From Verrucomicrobiaceae bacterium (GTDB lineage: Bacteria; Verrucomicrobiota; Verrucomicrobiia; Verrucomicrobiales; Akkermansiaceae): a stretch of 64,000 nucleotides of DNA. Both the position numbers and the translations under genes were made by a program. Positions within the stretch are counted from its first letter, which is position 1. Every line of letters begins with the position of its first letter. A model generated the notes under the pieces. It worked only from the letters and a program-made list of their open reading frames with translations, was not told the DNA's origin and searched no databases. Location: positions 1-64,000 of the forward strand of contig JBPOGH010000012.1 of the NCBI GenBank assembly GCA_051252135.1, given 5' to 3'. Positions 1-9,092 of the stretch are shown piece by piece.

Positions 1-91
1 CCCACTGCCCACTGCCCACTGCCCACTGCCCACTGCCCACTGCCCACTGCCCACTGCCCACTGCCCACTGCCCACTGCCCACTGTCCACTG
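1..91. repeat. Heptamer tandem repeat (CCCACTG)n, truncated by the window start
   Basis: 12 perfect CCCACTG units at 1-84, then a variant TCCACTG at 85-91. Confidence 0.97.
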
Positions 92-177
92 TCCAACGTT
101 CAAGGCCTCCTCAACCCAAGACTGTAAACTGTATCCTGAACTCTGAAAACTCCGCCGCAGGCGGCCTCGCAGGCGGC

Positions 178-2739
178 CTACCTCCAATCATGCTTCGGAT
201 ACCGCCCCGCCAAGTCTTTCTTCATCTGCGCAAACCCCCGTTCCCAGAACCCCGGCAAATCACTCGTCGTCTGCCAGGGCCGCTGATTCGGAGCGAGAAT
301 CTTCACCACCAGCCGATGCCCGTTCGCAATCGTCGGCGTCTCTTCCACCCCGTAAAGCCGCTGCACCTTCTCCTCGATCCACGGCTCGCTTCCCTCCGCA
401 TACTTCACCTGCGTCATCAGCCCGTTGCTCAGCTTGATCTTCTCCGGCGCAAAAGAATCCAACGCCTGTTCCTGCGCCGCCGAAAGCCACTCCTTCAAAA
501 TCGACCACGGCTCACGATCCCGCACTTCCTTAAACGTCACCGCCCCCTCACAAATCTGCGCAATCGCGCTCTCCCGATCATCCGCACTGAATCCCGGCAG
601 CTCCAGCTCCGGCATCGCTTCGCTCAAAAAACACAGCCGCGCAATCCACCGCTCCACCTGCCCATCCCACTTCTTCAGCTTCAGCTCACCCGCACTCACC
701 CGCTCCGCCAACAACTCGCCCGCCAAATTCGGATCCACCTCACCTCCCCGCTTCTCCTCCAGCACCAACCCCTGAAACGTCCGCTGCCTCACCGCCACCA
801 CCCGACGACCAATCTCATCAAAAATCACCCCACTCTCTTCCTTCACCGCATCCTCAAAAAGATCCGCCAACCACCCCTCGTCGATCTCCACGCATCGCGA
901 CAACTTCACCGCCCGCTCCCGCCCCTCGATCTCGATCATATCCACCGCCAAAAACAACGGACACTGCCGCACCACACTCTTCGGATCCACCTTCCCCCGC
1001 CGTTTCCCCACCACCTCGCACACCGACGTCCCCGCATCGCGCCGCACCGCCAACCGATCTCCAAACGATAACAACAGCGCCCGTGCACACGCCTCACCCC
1101 GCTGCCGAAAGTCCGGCTCCTTCACCCGCACCCCGCGCTTCCCCATAATCCCCACCAACTGCTGAAAGCTCTTCAAGGTCTCCCGCGCCCCCCGCGCCAT
1201 CACCCCCAGCGCCGTGCACTGCCTCGGATTGAAATCCGCCGCCATCGCACTCTGCAACGCCAACCACTCCCCTCCAAAATCATTCTTCCACCCCGGCTCC
1301 CCCTCCAAATAATCCACCCACTTCGACCCCCGGTCCCCTCCCATAAACACCCCTTCACCCTGCACCGCCGCCGCCACAAAAAGCACCTCACCCACACAGC
1401 CCAACTCCACCCCCGCCAGCACCAACCTCGCCAACCTGGGATGCATCGGAAATCGCGCCATCTCCTCACCCGCCTTCGTCAATCCACCCTCACCATCCAA
1501 CGCCCCAATTCTTAAAAGCAACTCACCCGCCTCCCGCTGTCGCAAGGGCTCCGGCTGATCCAACCATCGAAAATCCTCCACCCGCTTCACCCCCAACCTC
1601 TTCAAAAATAACGTCGCCTCCGCCAGGTCCACCCTCCGCACTTCCGGAATCTCAAATTCCAATCGCGACCGATGATCCGTCTCACTCCACAGCCTCACAC
1701 ACTTCCCCGGCCCCGTCCGGCCTGCACGTCCCGCCCGTTGCTCCGCCGCCGCCTGCGAAATCTTCATCACCCGCAGCGAATCAAATCCCCGCGCCGCATC
1801 ATACTGCGACTGCCGCGCCAACCCCGAATCGATCACCACCTTCACCCCCTCGATCGTCACCGAGGTCTCCGCCACGTTCGTCGAAAGAATCACCCGCTTC
1901 GACCCATCCGCCCGAATCGCCTCCCGCTGCTTCGCCGGATTCAACGCCGAAAACAGTGGCAAAATTTCCCAGCCACTCATCCACCCCGCCTCCATCAACA
2001 CCCGCTCACAACGCCGAATCTCAAACATCCCCGGCAAAAAAACCAAAATCCGATCCCCCGACCCCAACTCATCCACCACCCCGCGCACCGCCCGACCCAC
2101 CCGGTCCCACACGTCATTCCGCATCTCCTGCCGCCTCCCCTTCACCACCTGCGCCTCCCCCTTGTGCTCGATCTCCACCGGATAAAGTCGCCCCCCCGCT
2201 TCCACCATCGCGCACGGCTCCAGATATTCCTTCAGCCCCCCGATCTCGAGCGTCGCCGACATCACCACCACCCGCAGATCCGGCCGCAACGATTCCTGCA
2301 AATCCAACACCCGCCCCAAGGCCAAATCCGAGGCCAGCCGCCGCTCATGGAATTCATCAAAAATCACTGCCCCCACACCCTCAAGCTCCGGATCATCCAG
2401 CAACATCCGCTGCAGCACCCCGTCCGTGACATACAGAATCTCCGTCTCCGCCCCATACTTGCTCTCAAAGCGCACCGCATACCCCACCCCCCCACCACAC
2501 CGCGTCCCCTCAAGCTTCGCCACATATTCCGCCAGCAAGCGCGCCGCCATCCGACGCGGCTGCACCACAATCACCCGCCCATTCACCTCACCCCGCACCA
2601 TCGACGGCACCGTCGTTGATTTCCCCGATCCCGTAGGCGCTTTCAGCAACAACCTCCCCCCGTCCCCACGCATCGCTGCGCGGATTTCCCCTTCGACCTC
2701 ATGCACCGGCAATCTCACCCCGGAAGAAAAGCAGCCCAA
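178..2739 (-). CDS. hrpB: ATP-dependent DEAH-box RNA helicase HrpB
   Basis: Motifs APTGSGKST, DEFHER, MSATL, STNVAETSVTI and QRAGRAGR; HrpB-type C-terminus (LAPNQRPWQTTSDLPGFW...GRYPKHDW). The exact start is uncertain. Confidence 0.93.
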   Translation of the reverse strand: MGCFSSGVRLPVHEVEGEIRAAMRGDGGRLLLKAPTGSGKSTTVPSMVRGEVNGRVIVVQPRRMAARLLAEYVAKLEGTRCGGGVGYAVRFESKYGAETEILYVTDGVLQRMLLDDPELEGVGAVIFDEFHERRLASDLALGRVLDLQESLRPDLRVVVMSATLEIGGLKEYLEPCAMVEAGGRLYPVEIEHKGEAQVVKGRRQEMRNDVWDRVGRAVRGVVDELGSGDRILVFLPGMFEIRRCERVLMEAGWMSGWEILPLFSALNPAKQREAIRADGSKRVILSTNVAETSVTIEGVKVVIDSGLARQSQYDAARGFDSLRVMKISQAAAEQRAGRAGRTGPGKCVRLWSETDHRSRLEFEIPEVRRVDLAEATLFLKRLGVKRVEDFRWLDQPEPLRQREAGELLLRIGALDGEGGLTKAGEEMARFPMHPRLARLVLAGVELGCVGEVLFVAAAVQGEGVFMGGDRGSKWVDYLEGEPGWKNDFGGEWLALQSAMAADFNPRQCTALGVMARGARETLKSFQQLVGIMGKRGVRVKEPDFRQRGEACARALLLSFGDRLAVRRDAGTSVCEVVGKRRGKVDPKSVVRQCPLFLAVDMIEIEGRERAVKLSRCVEIDEGWLADLFEDAVKEESGVIFDEIGRRVVAVRQRTFQGLVLEEKRGGEVDPNLAGELLAERVSAGELKLKKWDGQVERWIARLCFLSEAMPELELPGFSADDRESAIAQICEGAVTFKEVRDREPWSILKEWLSAAQEQALDSFAPEKIKLSNGLMTQVKYAEGSEPWIEEKVQRLYGVEETPTIANGHRLVVKILAPNQRPWQTTSDLPGFWERGFAQMKKDLAGRYPKHDWR

Positions 2740-2799
2740 ACAATCTCCCGCGAGCGGAGATTTGATGAAATGTCACTCTCTCATCGTGCGTTAAATCCG

Positions 2800-2828
2800 T
2801 TGCCTCCTCGGCAAAACACTACTAACGT
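2800..2828 (+). promoter_or_regulatory. sigma70-type promoter of tatA (probably leaderless)
   Basis: TTGCCT-N17-TAACGT, 6 nt before the ATG at 2835. Confidence 0.6.
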
Positions 2829-2834
2829 TTCCCC

Positions 2835-3068
2835 ATGAATTTACCAATCGCCTTTCTCGGCACCCTCGGAACCCAGGAGATGGTCCTCATCTTCCTGATC
2901 CTCCTCCTTCTTTTCGGAGCCAAAAAACTCCCCCAACTCGCTCGCGGCGTCGGCAAGAGCGTCGGCGAATTCCGCAAAGCCCGTGAGGAATTCGAGGACG
3001 AAATCCGCAAAGGCGCCGAAGACCTCGAGGTTGAGGAAGCCAAAGGCAAAGAACCCCGCGACAGCTAG
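2835..3068 (+). CDS. tatA: Sec-independent translocase TatA/E
   Basis: 77 aa with a TM helix followed by FGAKKLPQLARGVGKSVGEFRK. Confidence 0.95.
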   Translation: MNLPIAFLGTLGTQEMVLIFLILLLLFGAKKLPQLARGVGKSVGEFRKAREEFEDEIRKGAEDLEVEEAKGKEPRDS

Positions 3069-3226
3069 GGAAGCGCTGATGAAAGAGGGAGTTCGCTGCT
3101 GCAAGTCATTTTGAAGTCTGGCAAGGCGCGAAGGGCGACGCTGATGATCAGCGGCTCCCTGAGCAACGCCGCCAGACTCCAAAAAGGGCTGCAGCTCCTC
3201 TCACCTCGGAAGCGAAGCTTCCCTGG
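3065..3226. repeat. Long imperfect palindrome, MITE/REP-like element
   Basis: Terminal inverted pair CTAGGGAAGC / GCTTCCCTGG; internal arms TTTTGAAGTCTGGC / GCCAGACTCCAAAA and GAGGGAG / CTCCTCTC. Confidence 0.6.
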
Positions 3227-3281
3227 CTAAAAAACCCTTTAAACCTTTCAGCGTGCTTCATCTTTAATCAATGTTTCCCTA

Positions 3282-4316
3282 ATGTCCCTCTTATCGAAAA
3301 CAACCTTTCGTAACGCTCCGCTGATTCTTCTCGGGGCGTTCTTTTTGTGCACCAGTTGCAAGCCCAAGGAGTCCGCCCCTGCGGAAGTCGAACCCGAAGT
3401 CCCTCAACAGGTCACTTCCGACGAACCACAACCTGCCGCAACCCAACCCGATCCCCCAAAATCAACAGAGCCCATCCGCGCGGGAAAGGACGAAGCCATC
3501 CGCTTCCTCTCCTACAATATCCGGAACTACCTCACCATGACCTCCATCCGCCGCGATGGATCAAAAAGCGAACGCAGCAAGCCTAACGAGGAAATCATCG
3601 CCCTCGTCGATCTCATCGTCGCCGAAAAACCCGACATCCTCGGCATCTGCGAGATCGGCACCATGGACGACCTCCTCGATCTCCAGTCCAGACTCAAATC
3701 AGCCGGACTCGACCTCCCCCACCTCGAGCACGCAGGCGGTGCCGACCCCACCCGCCGCCTAGCCCTCCTCTCCAATCTCCCAATTTCCGCCCGCAATTCA
3801 GCCGAAAACCTTCCCTACCAACTCGAAGGCAAGGAGATGGTCATGAGCCGCGGCATCCTCGATGTCACCGTCGACCTCCCCAACGGCCCCACCCACTTCA
3901 TCGGCGTCCACCTCAAGTCCAAGCGCGAAATCCCTGATGCCGACCAAGCCATGATGCGCCTCAACGAAGCCCAGCTTCTCCGCAAACACTGCGACGCCAT
4001 CATTTCTAAAAATCCCAACGCCCGCCTCATCGTCTACGGCGACTTCAACGAAACCAAAGGCGAAGCCCCCATCGCCGCCGTCCGCGGCCTCCGGGACTCC
4101 CCCGGTTTCCTCGACGACGTCTGGGCCAAGGACTCCCGCCGGGAATTCTGGACCCATTACTGGAAATATCAGGACCAATACGCCCGCTTCGACTACGTCT
4201 TCTTCTCCCGCTCCATGAAGCCCGAAATGGACTTCAAAAACAGCTACATCGTCGACCCCATCGACTACTACGACGCCTCCGACCACCGCGCCATCATGGT
4301 CACCCTCGGAAGGTAA
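3282..4316 (+). CDS. Endonuclease/exonuclease/phosphatase (EEP) family lipoprotein
   Basis: Lipobox-like LCTSC; motifs SYNIRN, DILGICE, VHLKS, YGDFN, FDYVF and ASDH. Confidence 0.88.
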   Translation: MSLLSKTTFRNAPLILLGAFFLCTSCKPKESAPAEVEPEVPQQVTSDEPQPAATQPDPPKSTEPIRAGKDEAIRFLSYNIRNYLTMTSIRRDGSKSERSKPNEEIIALVDLIVAEKPDILGICEIGTMDDLLDLQSRLKSAGLDLPHLEHAGGADPTRRLALLSNLPISARNSAENLPYQLEGKEMVMSRGILDVTVDLPNGPTHFIGVHLKSKREIPDADQAMMRLNEAQLLRKHCDAIISKNPNARLIVYGDFNETKGEAPIAAVRGLRDSPGFLDDVWAKDSRREFWTHYWKYQDQYARFDYVFFSRSMKPEMDFKNSYIVDPIDYYDASDHRAIMVTLGR

Positions 4317-4454
4317 ATCTCCGGGGCCCAAACTCTCCGCTTTTCGGATGGCATCCCCGCAGGACTGCCCCCTCACCGGTGGCGAGATGGCAATCTCCGG
4401 ACATTCTAACTTTACTTTGCAGCGAGTTCCCCTCATCCAAAGGTGTATTTTCCG

Positions 4455-5294
4455 ATGAAAGCTCCACAATTCCGACTCAACTTTGCCCTTTCCGCCTGCT
4501 TGGCTTCTGTAACTCCTTCTGCCATGGCCAGCGTGATCGCCTATGAGGGATTCAATACCACCTCGGCCAATGGCACCGACGTCACCACTGTTGGCGTCAC
4601 CGGAAGCGGCTTCAGCGGATACGGGGACACCAACTTCCGCCACGACATCGAGGACGGACTCTCTTACACCGATGGATTGGGCAACGTCCTCGTGACCACC
4701 GGTAAATCCGGCGGCATGGATGCGGTCACCAGCGGCACCCAGAATCTCCAGCTCACTCTCTCCAGCACGATCACCAATACCGGAACGATCTACATGAGCT
4801 TCCTCACCAATGTCACCGCCGTGAACAGCTTTGGTATCCAAATCGGACTTCAGGACAGCCAGGTGACCAACTCCGCCAGCCCTACCGCAAGCCTGGAAGC
4901 CGCATTCCGTTCAACCTCAAGTAACTACGGTGCCTATTCCGATGGCGCAGGTATCGACGCCCGCACCGGACCTGGTAGTGCCACCGGTCTCTATTTGGTC
5001 GTCAGTGAATTGAACATGGACACCGAAGTGATGACCATGTGGGTCAATCCTACCAATCTCAATAACGTCTCCGGAACCGCTGCCGGCACCATGACGGGCA
5101 CCGCCACCGGAACCTGGGAGGACATGACCAGCTTTGTCTTCAGCCTTGGTGGCGAAGAAGAAGGACTCATCGATGAAATCCGCCTCGGCACTACCCTTGC
5201 CGACGTCACCCCCTTCACCGCTGTCCCCGAGCCCTCAAGCGCCCTGCTGACTGCTTTGGCTCTCTGCTTCGGTGTCTCAAAAAGACGCCGCTAG
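4455..5294 (+). CDS. PEP-CTERM sorting-domain secreted protein
   Basis: Signal peptide, Thr/Ser/Gly-rich body, C-terminal VPEPSSALL, TM segment and KRRR. Confidence 0.92.
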   Translation: MKAPQFRLNFALSACLASVTPSAMASVIAYEGFNTTSANGTDVTTVGVTGSGFSGYGDTNFRHDIEDGLSYTDGLGNVLVTTGKSGGMDAVTSGTQNLQLTLSSTITNTGTIYMSFLTNVTAVNSFGIQIGLQDSQVTNSASPTASLEAAFRSTSSNYGAYSDGAGIDARTGPGSATGLYLVVSELNMDTEVMTMWVNPTNLNNVSGTAAGTMTGTATGTWEDMTSFVFSLGGEEEGLIDEIRLGTTLADVTPFTAVPEPSSALLTALALCFGVSKRRR

Positions 5295-5325
5295 TTCGAC
5301 GCCCTCTAAAAAGGTTCATCGCCGA

Positions 5326-5352
5326 TGTAACCTTTCCTTCATCACCGGCGTA
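5326..5352 (+). promoter_or_regulatory. Putative ECF sigma factor promoter
   Basis: TGTAACC-N16-CGTA (ECF-type AAC / CGT elements) directly upstream of an operon that encodes an ECF sigma factor. Confidence 0.6.
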
Positions 5353-5361
5353 CCCCCGGTG

Positions 5362-6231
5362 ATGAAATCGTCTACGCTTCTCCTTTCCCTCCTCGCCGCC
5401 CCACTCCTTCACGCCGCCCCCTTCGACCCCTCCCACCTTTCCGGCGACGCCCAATGGTTCCTCCACGCCGATCTCGAAGCCCTTCAAAAGACCACCGTCG
5501 GTAAAACCGCCCTTCAGGCCATCCGCGCCGATCACAAGGAAGGACTCCTCCACATCCAGGAGACTTTCCATGTCGACCTTTCCCGCGACATCAGAAATGT
5601 CACTCTCTTCGGCGATGGCGCCCCCAACCGCGCCGCCGTCCTCATCGATGGCGGAATCGATCGCAAGCACCTGGAGCAAGTCATTGGCTATGCCGATGAC
5701 TACGACTCCTTCCTCTACCAGGGCGCCACCGTCCACACCTGGACGGACAAGGATGGCGAAAAAAAACAATTCGCCGCCTTCCACGCCGATGACCTCGCCA
5801 TCGTCAGCGAACACCGGGCGCTCGTCGAACTCTCGCTCGATGTCTTCGGCGGCCGCAAACCTCCCATGGAATCCGTCAGCTCCCCCGCCGAAAACCCCGT
5901 CGTCCTCGCCATGGCCAATGTCGAAAACATCAAGCTCAAGGACGACGGCGGCTCAGCCATCGTCCGCAAGGCCAAGCACCTCGCCATGACCATCCGCGAA
6001 TCGGGTGAAAAGGTCGAAGCCCAACTCATCGTCTCCCCGCAGGAGGCTAAAAACGCCGAACGCCTCCAAAAGGTCATGGACGGCCTCATGGCCCTCGGCA
6101 TGCTCGCCAGCGAGGAACTCGAACAACTCAGCATCGAACACCAAACCACCGTCGAAGAAGGAAAAGTCCACATGACCATGACCCTCCCCGTCGACCAAGC
6201 CATCGCCCTTCTTGCCGGACTCGGACAATAA
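5362..6231 (+). CDS. Hypothetical secreted/periplasmic protein
   Basis: Signal peptide MKSSTLLLSLLAAPLLHA; codon usage matches neighbours; first gene of the ECF operon. Confidence 0.8.
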   Translation: MKSSTLLLSLLAAPLLHAAPFDPSHLSGDAQWFLHADLEALQKTTVGKTALQAIRADHKEGLLHIQETFHVDLSRDIRNVTLFGDGAPNRAAVLIDGGIDRKHLEQVIGYADDYDSFLYQGATVHTWTDKDGEKKQFAAFHADDLAIVSEHRALVELSLDVFGGRKPPMESVSSPAENPVVLAMANVENIKLKDDGGSAIVRKAKHLAMTIRESGEKVEAQLIVSPQEAKNAERLQKVMDGLMALGMLASEELEQLSIEHQTTVEEGKVHMTMTLPVDQAIALLAGLGQ

Positions 6232-6277
6232 ACCCTCCTTGCAGCCTCCCGGCATTGCCTGTTTACTGAAACCAATC

Positions 6278-6850
6278 GTGCCTCCCGAACAGTCAGATTC
6301 CGATCTCGTCCTCGCCTCCCGCAGGGGCGACTCCTCGGCATACGGCGAACTCATTCACCGCTACCACGAAACGATCTACGCCTTCCTCCACCAACTCACC
6401 GGAAATCGCGAGGACGCCGAGGACCTCACCCAGGACACCTTCCTCCACGCCCGCAAAAAACTCGCCACCTTCAAGCCCCACCTCCCCTTCCGCCCCTGGC
6501 TCTTCACCATCGCCCGCCGCCTCACCATCGCCCACTGGCGCCGCCTCAAGCCCACCCTTCCTCTCTTCGACGACGACCACCCCGCCACCAAGGACCGCAC
6601 CACGCACGACTCCGCCGCCCTCTGGACCATCGCCAAAAACGCCCTCAAGCGGGACGAGTTCACCGCCCTCTGGCTCCACTACCAGGAAGATCTCTCCATC
6701 AAGGAAGTCGCCCGCGTCCTTCGAAAGACCGTCACCCACACCAAGGTCATCCTCCACCGCACCCGTAAAAAACTCCGCAAGGAACTCGAATCCACCTCGG
6801 ATGCCTGGCTCCCCGGCCACCCCCTCAACCTTTCCAACCCCGCTTCGTGA
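6278..6850 (+). CDS. ECF (sigma-70 family) RNA polymerase sigma factor
   Basis: Region 2 DAEDLTQDTF...FRPWLFTIAR; region 4 HYQEDLSIKEVARVL. GTG start at 6278 is inferred. Confidence 0.9.
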   Translation: MPPEQSDSDLVLASRRGDSSAYGELIHRYHETIYAFLHQLTGNREDAEDLTQDTFLHARKKLATFKPHLPFRPWLFTIARRLTIAHWRRLKPTLPLFDDDHPATKDRTTHDSAALWTIAKNALKRDEFTALWLHYQEDLSIKEVARVLRKTVTHTKVILHRTRKKLRKELESTSDAWLPGHPLNLSNPAS

Positions 6851-7230
6851 TGAAAAGTGATCCCCTTGAACAACTCCTGCGCCACCCCGTCCCCCGCGAG
6901 ACCCCGCGCCCCGGCTTCGAGACCCGCCTCCGTGCCCTCTCCCATCACCAAACGGAACCCACCATCCAACCCCGGCGCTCACGCTGGTGGCTCGCCACCC
7001 CCTTCGCCGCCCTCACCCTCCTCGCCATCCTCTCGGACTCCCCCGCCCCCGCTCCCCAGGCATCCGCAGACCCGGAAAAAACGATCCCCGTAGAAGAAAC
7101 AGACCTCTCCCTCGTCACCAATTCCCCCCTCCATCAGGAGGCACGCGAACTCGAAAAAGACGCCAAACGCACCGCCCACTTCCTCTTCGATTCCCTCCCC
7201 TCCATCTCGATCACGAAAAAAGACCGCTAA
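6847..7230 (+). CDS. Putative single-pass anti-sigma factor
   Basis: Overlaps the sigma factor stop; short cytoplasmic N-terminus, one TM (WWLATPFAALTLLAILS), short C-terminal tail. Confidence 0.65.
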   Translation: MMKSDPLEQLLRHPVPRETPRPGFETRLRALSHHQTEPTIQPRRSRWWLATPFAALTLLAILSDSPAPAPQASADPEKTIPVEETDLSLVTNSPLHQEARELEKDAKRTAHFLFDSLPSISITKKDR

Positions 7231-7279
7231 CCGGTTTTCGCTTTGCCTTCTCCTCCGATTGCGTGATCCTCCGCACGTC

Positions 7280-8800
7280 ATGGCCAAGCCCAAAAACGCA
7301 ATCTCTCCCACCCGCTCCGAGAACTTCCCCGAGTGGTACCAGCAAGTCGTCCGCGCTGCCGATCTTGCCGAAAATTCCGAGACCCGTGGATGCATGGTCA
7401 TCAAGCCCTGGGGCTTTGCCATCTGGGAAGCCATCCAGCGCTACCTCGACGTCCGCTTCAAGGCCACCGGCCACCAAAACGCCTACTTCCCCCTCCTCAT
7501 CCCCCTCTCCTATCTTGAAAAAGAAGCCGAGCACGCCGAGGGCTTCGCCACCGAGTGCGCCGTCGTCACCCACCACCGCCTCGAGGCCGAAAAAGACCCC
7601 GTCACCGGTAAAACCAAAATGATTCCCCGGGGCAAACTCACCGAGCCCTACGTCATCCGCCCCACCTCCGAGACCATCATCGGCGCCGCCTTCTCACGCT
7701 GGGTCGAATCCTACCGTGACCTCCCCCTCCTCATCAACCAGTGGGCCAACGTCATGCGCTGGGAAATGCGCCCACGCCTCTTCCTCCGCACCGCCGAATT
7801 CCTCTGGCAGGAAGGACACACCGCCCACGAGACCAAGGACGAAGCCATCGTGGAAACCCGCATGATCCACCAACTCTACTCCGACGCCCTCCGCGACCTC
7901 CTCGCCATCCCCGTCATCATGGGGGAAAAGACCGAGGCCGAACGCTTCCCCGGAGCCGACATGACCCTCACCGTCGAAGCCATGGTCCAGGACCGCAAGG
8001 CCATCCAGGCCGGAACCTCCCACTACCTCGGCCAAAACTTTGCCAAGGCCCAAAACATCACCTTCGTCGATCGCGATAACAAAGAGCAGCACGTCCACAC
8101 CACCTCCTGGGGCGTCTCCACCCGCCTCGTCGGCACCCTCATCATGGCCCACTCGGATGACGACGGCCTCGTCCTCCCTCCCCGCGTCGCCCCCCACCAG
8201 ATCGTCATCGTTCCCGTCACCCCCAAACCCGAATCCCGCGACGCCATCATCGACGCCTGCCAGGCCCTCGCCCAAACCCTCCGCAACGAAAAAACCTACG
8301 GCGGCGAACCCCTCCGCGTCCACGTCGATGACCGCGACCTCGGAGGCGGCGTGAAAAAATGGGAGTGGGTCAAAAAAGGCGTCCCCCTCCGCATCGAGAT
8401 CGGCCCCCGCGACCTCGAAGAACGCAAAGTCTGCCTCCAGCGCCGCGACCAGGGCGCCAACGAAAAATCCTTCCTTCAAAAAGAAGACTTCCTTCGCGAC
8501 GTCGAGGACACCCTCGACTCCGTCCACCAAACCCTCCTCGAGCGCTCCCGCACCTTCCGCGAAGAAAACATCGCCGAATCAACCGACCTCGCCGCCTTCG
8601 AATCCCACTGGGAAACCGAAGACCCCGGCTGGATCCTCACCCCCTGGGCCGGCACCCGCGAGGAAGAAGAAGAACTCTCCAAAAAACACCGCATCACCGT
8701 GCGCTGCCTCCCCCTCGACAAACAAGCCGAGCCTGAGGCTCCCTGCATCCTTACCGGTAAGCCCACCGCCTCCCGCGCCCTCTGGGGCCGGAGCTACTAA
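7280..8800 (+). CDS. proS: Proline--tRNA ligase (archaeal/eukaryote-type)
   Basis: Motifs IRPTSET, QWANVMRWE, FLRTAEFLWQEGHT, QAGTSHYLGQNF and TSWGVSTR; C-terminal GRSY. Confidence 0.97.
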   Translation: MAKPKNAISPTRSENFPEWYQQVVRAADLAENSETRGCMVIKPWGFAIWEAIQRYLDVRFKATGHQNAYFPLLIPLSYLEKEAEHAEGFATECAVVTHHRLEAEKDPVTGKTKMIPRGKLTEPYVIRPTSETIIGAAFSRWVESYRDLPLLINQWANVMRWEMRPRLFLRTAEFLWQEGHTAHETKDEAIVETRMIHQLYSDALRDLLAIPVIMGEKTEAERFPGADMTLTVEAMVQDRKAIQAGTSHYLGQNFAKAQNITFVDRDNKEQHVHTTSWGVSTRLVGTLIMAHSDDDGLVLPPRVAPHQIVIVPVTPKPESRDAIIDACQALAQTLRNEKTYGGEPLRVHVDDRDLGGGVKKWEWVKKGVPLRIEIGPRDLEERKVCLQRRDQGANEKSFLQKEDFLRDVEDTLDSVHQTLLERSRTFREENIAESTDLAAFESHWETEDPGWILTPWAGTREEEEELSKKHRITVRCLPLDKQAEPEAPCILTGKPTASRALWGRSY

Positions 8801-8815
8801 AAGGCTCGTTCCCCA

Positions 8816-8856
8816 AAAAGCAATCAGCCCTGACTAGCAAGCTAATCAGGGCTGAT
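8816..8856 (-). terminator. Intrinsic terminator directly after tRNA-Ser
   Basis: Minus strand ATCAGCCCTGATTAGC-TT-GCTAGTCAGGGCTGAT (one G-U pair) followed by TGCTTTTT. Confidence 0.75.
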
Positions 8857-8945
8857 GGCGGACAGAGAGGGATTCGAACCCTCGGAGACATTGCTGCCTC
8901 ACACGCTTTCCAAGCGTGCGCATTCGACCACTCTGCCATCTGTCC
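8856..8945 (-). tRNA. tRNA-Ser (anticodon GGA)
   Basis: GGACAGA acceptor stem, anticodon arm CACGC-TTGGAAA-GCGTG, long variable arm, GGTTCGAATCC, encoded CCA. Confidence 0.97.
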
Positions 8946-8972
8946 GTAATAGGGGGTCTCGGTCGGGCGCGC

Positions 8973-9001
8973 AAGCTAGCCACCAACTCGAAATCTGGCA
9001 A
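8973..9001 (-). promoter_or_regulatory. sigma70-type promoter of tRNA-Ser
   Basis: Minus strand TTGCCA-N17-TAGCTT. Confidence 0.65.
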
Positions 9002-9092
9002 CCGAAATTTTTATTTATCCCGCTGATCGGGACTTCCTATTCTCCCTAAATGGGTTATCCACCATCTTGACGAGGTTCTCACCCGGCCTTCC

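Noticed and set aside
1..91. Possible CRISPR array
   Set aside because: 7-nt units with no spacers, and no cas genes in the window.
4330..4440. sigma54/enhancer site for the PEP-CTERM gene (two GATGGCA copies)
   Set aside because: Neither TGGCA has GC at the required spacing.
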